A stretch of DNA of 64,000 nt from Marsupella aquatica (lineage: Eukaryota > Plantae > Marchantiophyta), in contig OZ316892.1 of assembly GCA_973895155.1 (NCBI GenBank), positions 23,693,971 to 23,757,970 on the forward strand. Reading direction: 5' to 3'. The notes beneath the pieces were generated by a model that had not been told where the DNA came from, searched no databases, and saw only the letters and a program-made list of their open reading frames with translations. Below are positions 34,815 through 48,710 of this stretch, one piece after another. A program made the translations under genes and the position numbers. The stretch's first letter is position 1, and every line of letters begins with the position of its first letter.

Positions 34815-37385
34815 GGGATGGGCCAACTGTTGAGCCCTCGTGAAGACGATGTTGATGAGAAACAATGGGATCGCATGCAGGAGCAGGGAGTGTGGTGTGT
34901 TACACTCTATCTCATGCCTCCCATTATCAAGCAGTTGGGTGCACATAAGGACTGCATGTCCTTGTTTGCAGAATTGCAGAGCAAATATCATCGCAAGGAG
35001 TTGTCAAACCGGCTATATACTTCCTACAAACTGATGAGTTTTAGGATGAAAAAATCCCGGTATAAAGTTACAGGACCATGTGGATGCTTTCAACGACATG
35101 GTCGTTGACTTGGAAAACCTTGGGGAGACTTTGAATGATGAAATGAAAGCTCTGCAGCTTCTCAGTTCATTGCCTCCATCTTACAAGTCCCTATCACGGG
35201 TGTTGTTGCATCGTGATAGGGATATCGTTTCATACAATGACATGGTAAGTTCTCTGCTTAGTGATGATCTTCAACAAAAGATGCACATCACGTCACAGCC
35301 TTCATCCTCTGGTGCTGCCCTCAATGTTAACCGTGGGAGGAGTATGCAGCGACCAACTGGGGACCGTAGAACCCAATTTAGATCTAAATCCAGATCTAAG
35401 TCCAGGGGAAAATCCCCTCAGAGGAGGCAGGTGACATGTTGGAAGTGCAACCAGGTCAAACACTTCAAACGAGACTGTAAGGGAAAGCCAACTGAATCTT
35501 CATCGGCAAATGTGGCTAGGGTTGATAGAGATGTTGATTTACTCAATGATGAGTATGTATTATGAAGCCAGGGGTATGCACTGTGCACGTCATCTAGGAG
35601 AGTAGATGATGTGTGGATTCTTGATTGTGCTTGCTCTTTTTACATTTGTTACATTTGTGAGTTTTTTAGTATTTACTCTATTTCAAACGGTTCAGTTTTG
35701 TTGGGAAATGATCACTCCTATCAAATTGAGGATATTGGGTCTATGAAGATTCAAATGTTTGATGGCACTGTGCGCACAGTGTCCGAAGTCAGGTATGTAC
35801 CTAGCATGCGTAATAATCTGATTTCACTCGGTGTGTTGGATTCAAATGGTCATCAATGGAGCGTTATTGATGGTGAACTTCAAGTCAGGTCAGGAGAGAA
35901 AGTGATTTTGAAGGGGAGCAGACAAAAAAATTTGTATGTGTTGCAGGGCAATACTGTATGTGGAGAGGTCAATGTAACCAAGTCTCACGGGGAGATGACT
36001 CAATTGTGGCATTCACGGTTGGGCCACATGAGTGAGAAGGGTTTGGCTATCTTACGGAAGAATGAACTCATTTTTTATTTGCAATCTTGTAAATTAGAGT
36101 TCTGTGAGCATTGCATTCTTGGAAAGCAACATCGTCGTGCTTTCGGTTTTGGAACTCATCATTCCAAAGCGGTTCTTGAGTACATACATAGTGACGTGTG
36201 GGGTCCATCCCCAACTCTCTCACACTCTGGAAAGTTGTACTATGTATTATTTATTGACGATTACTCAAGATTTGTATGGATTTATTTCATGATGCATAAG
36301 TCTGATGTCTTGTCCATTTTTAAGAAGTGGAAGGCCCAGGTGGAGAATCAGACTGGAAACGCGGTCAAGTGTTTGGATACAAGGGTGAAGAGTCTGAGGT
36401 TAACAACGGCGGGGAGTACACTTCAATGGAATTTGAAGAGTATTGTTCAGAACAGGGGATAACTCACCATCTCACCATAGTCTATACTCCGCATCAGAAT
36501 GGTGTCGCTGAGAGGCTCAATCAGACTCTGTTGGAGCGGTCACGGAGTATGTTGAGCCAATCAGGTTTACCACAGGAATTTTGGGCAGAAGCTGTCAATA
36601 CCGCAACTTATTTTGTAAATCTTTCTCCTTCTAGTGCTATCAATTTCAAAACGCCGTTTGAAATGCGCTATAAGTGGCAAGCAGACTATCATGGCTTGGT
36701 AGTTTTTGGAAGTGATGCATATGCTCTCACACCGAAGCAAAATAGGACTAAGTTGGATCCTACCTCCAAGAAATGTGTTTTTCTTGGGTACCAGAGTGGT
36801 GTGAAAGCCTACACGCTATGAGATCCTATTGCCTGTAAGCTCATTGTCAGTATGGATGTTTCCTTCAATGAATCCAGATTATTGAAGGAGGGGGAGAATA
36901 CTCAGGTTTCCCGTACTGACAAAGGAAAATCTCCTTTCCCGGATCTCGTTGAGGGGGAGATTGGTCATGAGGTGCATGACTGAAGAGAAAGAGTTGCTCC
37001 AATTATGGAGTTGGTTCCTATGCCAGAGGAACCAGAGGAGTTTGTTGATGTTGGTGAGTAGCAAGAGGATGCTGTTCAGCTTAAGATTGTACTAGCACAC
37101 GCAGATCAACCGGAGTCATCGACTAGGAGAGATCTGGTTGCACTGTACGCACTCCACCGAGGTATGGACAGTGGATTGATTCATCTCAGGTGCAAGAGGA
37201 GGATTTTGTTACTGAAGATGATGGTGATGCGTTGATTTTGGAAGCAGGGGAACCTTCTTCATTTCATGAAGCAAGTGCTTCAAAGGAGAAGCAAGAGTGG
37301 ACTACAACAATGCAAATGGAGATGCAGTTACTGAAGGACAACAAAACTTGGGAGCTTGTCAAGCTGCCTAAGGGACAGCAAGTGG
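34815..37385 (+). pseudogene. Copia gag-pol remainder (gag, zinc knuckle, protease, GAG-pre-integrase, integrase, start of RT), frameshifted
   Basis: LLSSLPPSY, CWKCNQVKHFKRDC, WILDCACS, LWHSRLGHMSEKG..CEHC, HSDVWGP..FIDDYSR, NGGEY..TPHQNGVAERLNQTL, KLDPTSKKCVFLGY and EPSSF..NKTWELVKLPKG. Confidence 0.95.
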
Positions 37386-37403
37386 ATATACAACTTGAAT
37401 GGG

Positions 37404-37968
37404 CAACACAACATTTTTTTTCCCAACAACCTCTTGGCTGACACAACATCTTTTTCTCTCAACAACCTCTTGGCCAACATGACATCTTTTCTCTCAACAA
37501 CCTCTTTGCCGATATGACATCTTTACTCTGGATGACCTCTTGGCCGACACGACATCTTTTCTCTCCACGACCTGTTGGCCGACACGACATCTTTCTCTCC
37601 ATGAACTCTTGGTCGACACAACATCTTTTCTCTCAACGACCTCTTGGCCGATACGACATCTCTTTTTTACCATGACCGATTGGCCGACATGACTTCTTTT
37701 CTCTCCATAACCTCTTGCCGACACAACATCTTTTTTCTCCATGACCTGTTGGCCGACACGACTTCTTTTCTCTCCACGACCTCTTGGCCAACACAACATC
37801 TTTTCTCTCAACGAACTCTTGACTGTCACGACATCTTTACTCTTGACGACCTCTTGGCCGACACGACATCTCTTCTTTGCACAACCCCTTGGCCAAAACG
37901 ACATCTTTTCTCTCCATGATCTCTTGGCTGACACGATATCTTTTTTTCTCAACAACATCTTGGCCGAC
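37404..37968. repeat. Minisatellite, about 35-bp unit, about 16 copies (ACACGACATCTTTTCTCTCCACGACCTCTTGGCCG)
   Basis: Units start at about 37404, 37441, 37477, 37512, 37547 and so on to 37931. They are head-to-tail with no unique spacers. Confidence 0.95.
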
Positions 37969-38073
37969 AAGGCTTCTTTTGTCCAACGCATGGGTATTGA
38001 GCTAGTAAAACAATATAATATAGCCTGCTGCATGGTCCTAGATCTTTTCCCGGTATCCTAGGTGTGGAAATCC

Positions 38074-38232
38074 GAGATAAATTACAACATCTCCTCTTGC
38101 CATGGCCCCACATTTGACTTGGCTATCGATCCTCGCGGTGGGTGCCTTGAAATTGGAGATAAACTACAACATCTCCTCTTGCCATGGCCCCACATTTGAC
38201 TTGGCTATCGATCCTCACAGTGGGTGCCTTGA
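38074..38232. repeat. 82-bp tandem duplication
   Basis: GAGATAAA(T/C)TACAACATCTCCTCTTGCCATGGCCCCACATTTGACTTGGCTATCGATCCTC at 38074 and 38156. Confidence 0.9.
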
Positions 38233-38554
38233 CTCCCAGTTTCTGTCAGCCATTAGAACACATCATCACGAGGCATCCAAACTATGACAAAGGCTGAGGA
38301 GATCTGGTAAACAGAATCAACACTTTATCCAGAGATAACACCAGTTGAATGCAGATTGTATGTATCAAGAGAGCACCTACAAAGGATATAGCTTTTGAAG
38401 AAAAAATTTCCAGCCTTTCTCAAACAAGCACATAGAATGTTGCTCACACATCTTGGTCGGAGACTTATTCTAACATGGCTACCACGACAAAAGGGTTCGT
38501 TCTTGTGAGCCTCAAGAGAACGGGTGCAATCCCATGTTTCAAAATGGAAGTTGA

Positions 38555-38622
38555 CAACCCTTGTTAGAAACCTGCACAGGCATTGCCAACCCTTGTTAGA
38601 AACCTGCACAGGCATTGCCAAC
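38555..38622. repeat. About 32-bp perfect tandem duplication
   Basis: CAACCCTTGTTAGAAACCTGCACAGGCATTGC occurs twice. Confidence 0.9.
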
Positions 38623-40216
38623 TTGCTCCTGCATTGTTGCCAGCTAGACTTTGAAGTGAGTGAGCTGATTCAAATGATTTGCAAAATGCACTCAGGCTTG
38701 GGTCCTCCTCTGCCCATCTGTGTCAAAGTAAGCACTTTGTACTCCACATTTTATTATTTGCCTCGACGAGGATTCGAACCTCCATATGGGCCTGGCCCAT
38801 CCTTCCGTGGAATCTTTCACGCCACCTAGCTGCATCGCCGTTTGGTCTACAGCCCTTTGGTGCTAGTATTTAATCCTCAGATGAATCTTGCTTGCTCCAC
38901 TTCATTAGTTCTGCATACTGGTGCTAGCTGACTTTTGACCGGTTGCTCTCGTTTGGATGCAGCTGTCTCTCAAGACTGAGAAGCAAAAGAAGAAGGAAGC
39001 CTACTTCCAATTAAGAAAGTATGCTGTCAAGGCTTAGGGTTGTTACAATGAAATGGGTAGTAATATCTCTTTTTTGACTGTCCCCTGTGGAGATGTGAAT
39101 CGGCCTTCCCTCATACTGGGCAAGTTGAGAGAAAGCAGAAATGAAAAGGTTGTGTTAACTGTTATAAGAAAATCCTCATTCTATTTCTCTCCTTGTGAGC
39201 AGGTATTGAAATAGTTTTATTCAGTTTTTCTCCTGAGATTTTTGCTTTTACCCGGAATGAAATTTCGCCCTTGGATAATACCGCATCGTCGTCACTTAAA
39301 AACCCTTGCAAGAGTTTAAGTGAGGTCGATCTAATGTTTACCCGATTCTGGGATTTAACCTTCCACGCATCTGCGATTGCTTTGGATGGTGGTTCTCTCT
39401 GGAAGACGTGACTTCCAAGCGCGGGTGTTGCAAATATGTGGATTGTAGGGTCATCTTTCTCTGATTGGGGTTAAGAACGGAGGCAAGTAGAATCGATTCT
39501 CACGGGAACTTTGCATTTGAGAAATCAAACCTCCTAGACAAATTGTGGACAATTGTAGAATCATCTGTTGGTTGGGGTTGAGAACAGAGGCAAGTAGAAT
39601 CATTTTTCAAAGGGACTTGTATTGAGAAACTAGAGCTCAGGCACGCCAGGAAGGCTGTGGACGACTTGTTTCTGAAGTGGACGAAGTTGCCGAGTTTCAA
39701 CAGTCACTCCTATTGTGCTGGGTTCTGCAATGTTCTTCATGAAGAGTTCACCCAACAGATGCGGTCGACCATTGAAAGTAGAACAGATGAACATGACGGT
39801 GAACGGATGACCTAACCAGAGGGTGGAAGGAACCTATCAAATTGAAGCTATGAAGAAACAGAACTCCGGCGAAAGTGTCTGCTTGTAGCACAAGAATGGG
39901 AAGAAATCTTTGATAGGATTGAGGTGCAATAGCTGGGGTCGGCCTTCCTGCGCTTCATTGTTGTGGGTGGATCCAGACTGCATACTTTTATCAGAAACTC
40001 TTTGTTGATGCATAAAATACCTCCCTCCATTGAGTTCAGTGGACACAATCCTCAAAATGGATGGGCTATCTTCCATTGTGCTTGCAACCCATAGATTTGT
40101 TTTTTTCCGTTTCAGAGGCTGATAGCAAGCAGAGTGCAAGGATGCTTCGTCATTTGAGCGGGGCCAAGGGGTAGAACTCAGGTGGCCACGACATTGCTAC
40201 CTGGTACCAAAAATTT

Positions 40217-40500
40217 CTCAGATTCAACCCCTCTTCCTCAGAATGTGTGGTGTACTAACAAATGTCAGGTTCAATTGACTACTCGAGACACAAGGTGGAG
40301 CATAACAAGTGAGTCGAGTGTGTTCTAGGGAGTCATATTACCTCTGCCAGACAAAAGCCCTCAGATTCAACTCCCCTTCTAAACATTGTGGTGTTCTAAG
40401 AAAAGTCAGGTGCGATTGAACCCTCTAGACACAAGGTGGAGCATAACAAGTGAGTCTTGTGATAGTGGTAGTCATATTACCTCTGCCAGTCAAAAGCCCC
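40217..40500. repeat. About 143-bp diverged tandem duplication
   Basis: CTCAGATTCAAC...AGACACAAGGTGGAGCATAACAAGTGAGTC...AGTCATATTACCTCTGCCAG.CAAAAGCCC occurs twice. Confidence 0.85.
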
Positions 40501-41442
40501 CTAGGATAAGGCAAATAACCCCCCAGTACAAGCCAGTACCCTCCGAGTTCAACTTTGTCCTTCAAAGAGTTGGTACAAAGGAGGACACTGATAACTGTTT
40601 TTGGAGACAAAGATGTACGAGATGTACAATATAAGATCTTATCTCATTGTTTCCATTTCGAATCCCACATATTAACCAGAACTCTTGGTTGTCATTTGGA
40701 TCCATGGTCCAACCCCTCCTAGATAAAAGTCTTAGTGTGGTGAGCTTGTAACGTGTTCCATGGTTATGAGGATCGCAGGGCTGCTCAACATGCATGTCAT
40801 ATCTAAGTTGGGAATGCCCAACTAAGTGCTCCTACATATTAGCAGACCTCCCAAGAAAGAAAAAGTATCTCTCCACAAAACGTATTAACACTTAGTGCTT
40901 CATCCTTACTGGAAAATCGAACGCGATGGTGTTAGGCACTGGTTACCCTCAAAAGACAAGACAGCAAAACTCTAGCAAACGGAACTAATACCGAGATCAT
41001 CTATACCAAGTTGGCAGACTTCTACTGGACTATGCACCTCAGCTTGATTTTTAACTCGGAACTTTACAGGCCAGAAAGTAGACTCGCAAGTTTGTCATCC
41101 AAGGGTTTGGAAAGGTAGTCCCTGTGACCGCAGCCTTTCTTCAGTACAACGACTTAGCTAGAATCCTGACCGCCTTTGCCGACAGAAGCCCAGGTACATG
41201 AATGGCTTCCATAGTGATATGCATAAAAACCCTTGTAAGGTTTGTTGCAGTTCGAGGCCTAATCAAACCTAAGCCGGTTTTCAACGACACTTGACATTAC
41301 CGAAAAACTATTTACGGGAAATGTCAAGGTTCTCGGCAATATATAGCAATTAGAGAAAGAACTAAGAGAAGCTGATCTACTGACACAATATCATGCTGAC
41401 ATTTGGATCTTCAACACTGCGGGTAAACTCAGAGATAACATT

Positions 41443-44400
41443 TTAGGATATAAAAGATACAACAGCAGTTATGTCATCCATTTTCCCACCAAAATAGTTA
41501 TAGCCCACCCTCTGAGCTTCCCGGGCAAATGGTGACATCCCTTCATTTCTTGCCCCAGCTTTGTGCGCTTGACTAGCCAGTTCCTTGGCTACGACCTGCA
41601 CCAGTGTACTCATTTAGTACAATGCAAAAGGAAGTATCAAGAAAACAAAAAAGGATGTGAGCCTCAATTCCAACCGAGGACACAGTCAGAGTGACTTTAG
41701 GGTTTACCCTAACGAAGAATGCTCTTGGCGACTCAACTGAACATGCCTCTTTGATTGGAAACCTACTTCTGTATTACGTCGACTATCACGCTTCTTATTC
41801 CCAGCTTTCCACATGTGGCTAGTTATCAGAAAGCGCAAAGCCCGCGATCCTGCTGCCCCAGACTTCATTTTTCTAAACACTTCAGATATAATTTGAAGGA
41901 TCAGATATTTAGATGACACTTACTTCGGGTCCAGATCCTTCTTGGACGACACTGTTCACAATTGCAACAATTTCATCGCTGAACAAGTTGTCAAAGAGAC
42001 CATCAGATGCGAGGATAATTACGTCTCCTTTCTTGACAGATACCGTGTATACCTGAAAGACGCCACAGGGCAGGAAGTCGGGTCAGCAGAAGCTAATAAA
42101 GAGAATTCCTCATTAGGACGTCAAATCTTCACCCCAGAGTCCCACATAGAAATACAATTCACAGAGGATCTTGAATCATTACAAATACAGCATGCAGACG
42201 TTATCAGTTTGCCTGCCTCCTTTTCTGAAAATGCCTCGTACCTCTGCCAGTAGAGGATCGTCTCCCTCACTACCAATCTGGTAAGGAAAATTAAAGCCCC
42301 TTATCATTGGAGTCGATCCATCAATAAGAAATCCGTCACGGATTACTAGAAAACCACTGTCCCCAATATTAACTACGTTGAGAGTCTGCATCCACAGAAG
42401 TAAAGTCTAAGTGATTCTGCCCATCATAAACAAGTACCTGAGAGTCAAGTCCAAAAGGACTTCGAGTTAAAGAAAAAGTATTCAATCTTAGTCATTAAAC
42501 TTTGATGGATGGGCCCACAGGCAATCTTCGATGAGTTATTGCTTGGTAAGAAAAATGTGATATGAGGTCTAGGAAGAAATGTCAATCCTACAGCTAGAAA
42601 CCCTTGTCAGTCAGCTACTATATTTCCCACAGTCACACATAGCTTCACTCTGAACTATTTAGAAAAGGAAGTAGAGTAGAAAACCATTCTTGATCAATTC
42701 ATGCATGAATGAAGAGCTCTAGGACCACATAATCCGGTTATCAATAACAATCTGGGACGGAAGTCTAGATAATGAACGAATTCTGTTTAGTACCCAGAGA
42801 TAACCTAGTACCTGGTTAGATATAGAAGCTACTACTGCTGTCGTTGAACCTTGTGCTTTAGTTTTGGAGAAACTTTTTATTAGAACAGTTTTGGGATCAG
42901 AGTCTCTCTCAGCATCGCGAGCCAACTCCGCACAGTTTAACATCAACTCTCGTGCATAGAGCCCTGCATTTATGCCTGCAAAGGGATAATCCACTTAGTA
43001 CCAGAGATAGAATTTTCTCAAGATGGTTTACAATCAACCGGCTAGATCTAATCACTTCAAATTTACTGCTCTCCAAGATTACAAAACATAAGTTGACATA
43101 AAGATAAACATACCCCAAATTTCCTATCTTCAAGACAGTGAGATTAATCACCCACACCCCCGTTTAAGTCTAGTCAAGGAGAAATTTCAACCCTCACCGT
43201 TCTCGTCCTACCATCAGAGACATCACAAATAATGTCAGGTGAGAAAGTTTAGATGGCGAAGATTACCGTCATTGGCCCACCCTCCCACCCCATCTGCAAC
43301 ACCTATCCAATGATCGCCCTCTATAAAAAACGCATCCTCTCCCCCACGAGCAGCCTGCAAACAGGGTGCTCGTTAAGTTGATTTGTATGGCTATAAAAAG
43401 CATGGATATCACGCGTTTATCGCACATAAACGCCGGCTTCATCCGCAGCCAGAAGGACGACATACTCCTTACTCATGACACCCACGCATGGCCTCAAGAT
43501 ATCGAACATAATTGACTTGTGAAATTCGTTGATTGACAAACTTGTGACACTTACCTTCTCAGGATGGGGAATCATGGCAGCTCCGGAATTCAAATAAGCA
43601 GGCCTTCCTTCATTTTCAGTTGCGTCATTCTTCACGTCATCACTGGAGAATCAAACAAATCAAATATTATGCTAGAACGACAGAGACTACTTTTGATCTG
43701 CGGGTGGATTTTAAGGTTTAACAACTAGGCATTACTAGTAAATTTAATGAAGGACAACGACCCATTACAACAACTTCGCATTTCAGATTCCACTTCAAGC
43801 TGTGCGACCACCATGTCACAAATAGTCGAGCTAAATTACAATTTAAAGCAAAAAATGGAAGACATTGTTTTCGAACTGATCTCTTGGAATAATCGGCATT
43901 GTAGAAAAATTCCAGATCTTGAAGAAAACGGAATGGACTGCAGAAACACCCTGAGTATAGGTTGCAAATGACTGGGTCTCTTCGAAAGACTGGAATCTAA
44001 CTCCAAGAGACACCGGAAGGAGAGATTCAGCTTTGATTACGTGCTTAGCGCTACCTGTTTTTTTTTATGTCAGGCGTGTCAACATCCTTGGCTGGGGCCT
44101 GTGGACAGAGTATCACAGCAAACGTTCGCAATGAGCAAGTAGTCTACGTTTTAAGTCTCAGACCCCACCAAATACTGTCTGAACCACCACTCTCTCTTCA
44201 CCGGGCTATCACGAATTGCACTTTACAAGATTGAAAGCAAAGATTTTGGTCACCATACTCGACTTTGTCTTCAAATTTCAATTGCGTTCAAATCTCTTCT
44301 CAGTTTCAACCCAGAAAACTCTCCTACAGAACATCTCTCGAATTTGAACGTCTCAATTACGTGAGAACAACCTGCCCTGCCCAAGAGGACAAAAACAGAA

Positions 44401-45625
44401 CACATAACGATAGAATAGCGCACCTCTGAAGGGGGCGCAATTCCATTTGTCACCGCTGAACCGCTTGGCAGTCCTTCTAATTCAAGGCTGTCGAGCTTCT
44501 GATTGACATCGGTAACTGCGAAATTCAATTCCACGTTTTCATCTTTGGCCTCAGCGGTAGACGGTGGACTAGAGGAGTCGGAGTGTTTCACACCGTTGAC
44601 AATAACGACCGGTTCCAAGCTCGAGTCTTCAGGTACTTCAGGACTTTTAGCGTGCAAATCAGACAATTCCGTGCTCAATTGGGCTTGACACTGCGCATCT
44701 CCTTCGTTCTCTAAGGAATTCGGATCCACTGCACCAGATTTCTGGTCGGGGCTGCCGAACTTGTACATAATGCTTCCATCTGCACATTCTGAGCGACAGT
44801 AGAGGCGCGAGCATCAGGATGTGCCGGGGTGGGTAAGCATAGCATAGCAAGAATGAATGATGCAGCTCGTTAAGCAACGTCCGTCCCTACCGCGCTCACT
44901 TTTGGGAAGACCTCCGTACCTGCTGCTACCAATCTAAGACCTGCTAGAAGCCTAACTTACTCCTGAATCCTAAGAAATACAAAGCAAGCTAGCACACATA
45001 TGCCTTAGACGTGGTGCTGCTTTATTTCCTATCTCGTCTGCTTTATTTCCTATCTCGTGGTGAAGGGTCTAGGGAGAATGGATCTTGTCTCCCCAGCCCA
45101 CAATAAATTAACCTGATGCACACAGAATTAAAATTGCCAAATTCAAAGCGAAGGACCCAAAAGGCTGCTGCCAGAAGAGGCTCGACCTTAAAACCATCCG
45201 TCCATCCATCCATTCATTTTTAGAAGACAGAGGAAAAACCTTTACGTGTAAAGTACTTGACTCGTTAGCTTATAGGCTTGCGTGCCTTAGACTGCGAACC
45301 AGACGGTCCACCTTTTTGCATACCTACATTGAGTTCATATCAACTTTCCCCTACCACATTACCGTGATCGGACGATGCTTGCTATTACTAGCGTGATGAC
45401 GGGGATGGAATGCCGGGAGGAGTCACCTCTAGTCTCTAAGAGCACGGTGCCAGCGGCAGAGCCCTGGGACCGGTCTGTCGAAGCGCATTGGCGTAAAAGG
45501 AGCAAGCTGGAATGATTCCACCTCGTTATCCGCCCGGGCCCTACATGTTGCTGCTCCACGGCGGGTATATGCAAGGCCGGACGAACTGGCTGCAGTGCTG
45601 AGAATATCAAGGCTGTGCTAGCCAT
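41443..45625 (-). CDS. Protein phosphatase 2C, PTC7/PPTC7-like, about 9 exons, long N-terminal extension (possible organellar transit peptide)
   Basis: Spliced motifs: [11 protein letters not shown]|..[19 protein letters not shown]|[20 protein letters not shown]|[19 protein letters not shown]|..ASDGLFDN|[22 protein letters not shown] exons at about 45625-45363, 44779-44424, 44098-44055, 43643-43555, 43354-43267, 42976-42872, 42386-42242, 42052-41924 and 41595-41443. The N-terminal exons and the start codon are less certain. Confidence 0.9.
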
Positions 45626-48434
45626 CTTGACGTAGACCTTCCGACTCCATTGCTGAAGCACCTCCCTCCCGATAGCTCTCGCCCCAACTTGCGTCGTGAT
45701 CATGCCTTTCCTTCCAACCTCACCCAGCAAATTCATGCTCAATTGCATGTTCTCCCGTCGGCCTCTACTAAACCCTCTCGTCGTCAATCTGCTTCCAGCA
45801 ATGAATTTCCCAACCTGCTCCTCCTCCTCCTCCTCCTCGTGCCCTCTCTTCTCGCTTCCTGGGACGACAACAGCGCTGCGCTGCGCTGCCCTGCATGAAT
45901 GGATTATCCTTCCCCTCAATTTCTCGAGTCCAGTGACGAATAAAATTAAAACCGACTGCGGTGTTGTTGGACCAAAGTAGCAATTCCTATACTAGCAGAG
46001 AAGAGCAAACCATTAAATTCGGCGACATTAACATTTTCTTTCCAATCCAACCAACCACATGACAGTACCGTCGCACAGTCAAGACCGCTGCACCTGCTGC
46101 ACTTCAAGACGCACTCACAGAAAACGCTCACTCTGATGCGTTATTCATTCTCTCCTCTTCATTTGCAGAATGTCTTTCACATATTGCTGACTCTTCTACC
46201 AAAACGATAATGACTACTAAGCTCCCTGATTCGATTTTCTCATCTACCCGACTGGTGTTGCGCTGAATCCTCCTCTCAGAACATGCGCGAACCATTCATG
46301 CCCCCGCTCTGGATTCCCCACGAAAGAAGAACACGCACTGACGGACTCTCGCACTCTCGAATTCAGCAACAGGCCAATGTCTTGTTCTCTCCTCAGCCAA
46401 ACTCACAATCTCAACCCTTTTGCTCTACTTTTTCTTTCAGTCGGACAACAGACTAGACTACTAATCGCGATAGAAAGCCAGACTAGACTACTGCTTGCGA
46501 TAGAAAGCTCCGAAGACAGACGACCGACATCTCCTCGCTCAATGCTCCGAAAGGACCGAAATCAAACGTCGCTCCTGTGTGAGATTGGCCCATGGCGCGG
46601 CATGCAATGCTCTGTCTGTTCTGCTCTTCGTAGGTGATCCCTGTAGGGCATACAAAGCTCTGTCCGCTCTGCTCTGCTCTCTCTGCATGGGTGATCCCTA
46701 GTCTACAGGTGGGGTTTTGCCGCAGGGTTTTGGAATTCTCGCTGGTTGGGACAAGAGTATTTTTTAAATTTTTTTTGGGACAAGAGTATTGCCAAATCAA
46801 CATTCAAAAAGATGTCCTAATCCACAACACCACCACAGGTATTTTTGGTACTTTTAAATATGCCATTAGAATTCACCTACCTAAACAGGAAAACCATATA
46901 TGAAAATAGTGGCATGTTTGTAAGTATAGTAAAAATAGGGGAAGAATTGTGAATTTGAACATTTTAGTGATAATGTACTTAAATGTTGACTGTCAAATAT
47001 AAGGTTCTAGGGATCCTTAATGGCCTTCATGATTTTTTCATTTCTAAGTTCAGGACATTATTCGATCCACCTAACCTCCCCTTATGGATTCACCTGACCT
47101 GATCAAGAGTGATATTTTTCAGAGGTAAGTATTAATTTATAAATTGCTTGAGCACAAAGTGCTATTCTTTGTTTCCTACATTTTTATATATAAACAGAAT
47201 TCCCTTAAACTCTTTGTTTGTTAAGTATCTTACATTACAGTCTCCAGTGCAAGGCTCTTCAAAACGAGTCTCTACTAGCGGGCAACCAAGGGTCAAGGGT
47301 TCCAAGCCTTCAGCCACTTCACATTGGTTGAATCTATTGGGCCTTGACCTTGAGCCAGCACATTGCTTGAAGCTATTGGGCCTTCAAAAAGAGTCTCTAC
47401 TAGCTTGGACCCAATTGGGCCTTCCAGGCTTCAACCAATGTGCTAAGCACTTTAACATGATTATGCAGTCATTAAATTAGTTCAAGGACCCCTTGGTTGT
47501 GTTATTCAACAAGTTGGAGCCATGAAGAGTTGCATGATGGATTAGGTTTGAATATGGACATAAGAAGACAAAGATTAAATGGAGGATTAGATGAAGCAGG
47601 TTCTTCTTGCACAACTAGCATAGCATATTTTTTGTTTGTGACCAATAGTATTGATGTGGCTCCACATGTGGCTAGGGATTTTGGAAGGAGCTTCCCATGT
47701 GTCGCAGTAATTGCACATAAGAAACCAATAGTCAAATACATATTTAGAATAACACTCAAGGATTTAAAGAGAAGAATTAAGGTTCCCATGGGGGTCCATA
47801 ATTAATCCACAATATCTAATTGACAAAGAAGGTATCCCATTTGCATTACTCTAGATAACACCTACATTCTATTCCTTTCCAATGACAACATAGTAGCATT
47901 CTGGCATGTGAGGAGACCCACTCTGTGAAAGAAACAACAAACATGCAACCTTGTTTGCCATTGCCTCCCAGCCAAAATCCAGCAGAATTTCAGGGTCCCC
48001 TGACCTCCACTTGCATAAATTAACATGAATTGCATAAATTCCATAGTTGTGGGGAAGCCTGTGGGACAAACAAAAACCAGGTCACGCCTGAGAACCTTTA
48101 GTTTCGGGATATGGAAACATAAGAGGTTATATACATGATAATTAAACAAACCCAACTCTCAGCCCTTTATGAAGATCCCATTCAAGCTTCTGACTCAATT
48201 TTGTGATTACATTTCAAAAATTTTACACTTAACTTATGTTGTCACAGATTATTCACTGATTGAGCGAAATGGATCCTAGCAAAGGTATTGCCAGTGGTGG
48301 TTTTTGCAAGAGACATACTTCATGGATCCCTACTTAAAAAAGTGTTATGTGATGGACCTCATGAGCTTTTGGTATGTTGATTTAAGGTCCATGAAGGATC
48401 TGGATCACTCATGGAGTGCATGGAATAACACTAA

Positions 48435-48710
48435 ACCCATCAGTCAGTTTCCCACCTAGCCGCGAACCCATTAGCCAAAATCTAACCGTCATTGTCAGTT
48501 TCCCACCGGGCCACAAACCCATTAGCCAGAATCTAACCCCTCATCTTTAAGTCTAGGGAGATCTGACCCGGAAACAGACTAGCCTGTTATCCACCTAACC
48601 ACAAACCCATTAGCCAGAATCTAACTGTCATCCCCAGTTTCCCACCTAGCCACAAACCCACTAGCAAGAATCTAACGGTCATCTTTAAGTCTAGGGAGAT
48701 CTGACGGGGG
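48435..48710. repeat. Cluster of about 50-bp diverged direct repeats
   Basis: CAGTTTCCCACC..GCCACAAACCCATTAGCCAGAATCTAAC occurs about 4 times, and TCATCTTTAAGTCTAGGGAGATCTGAC twice. Confidence 0.8.

Larger units (their letters stand above)
24667..37385 (+). mobile_element. Ty1/Copia retrotransposon, 3'-truncated in RT and interrupted by a Gypsy element
   Basis: 5' LTR TG..CA at 24667-25010, PBS TGGTATCAAAGC at 25013, and a leader of about 1.75 kb. gag starts at ATG 26759 (KYEVTKYDGRSDYLLWEKQV) and resumes at 34815. No 3' LTR was found. Confidence 0.9.

Noticed and set aside
37404-37968. CRISPR-like appearance of the 35-bp repeat array
   Set aside because: The units are head-to-tail with no unique spacers, there are no cas genes, and the context is a eukaryotic TE island.
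37494-38061. ORFs of 91-179 aa over the minisatellite
   Set aside because: These are translations of the tandem repeat, with periodic low-complexity sequence and no domain.
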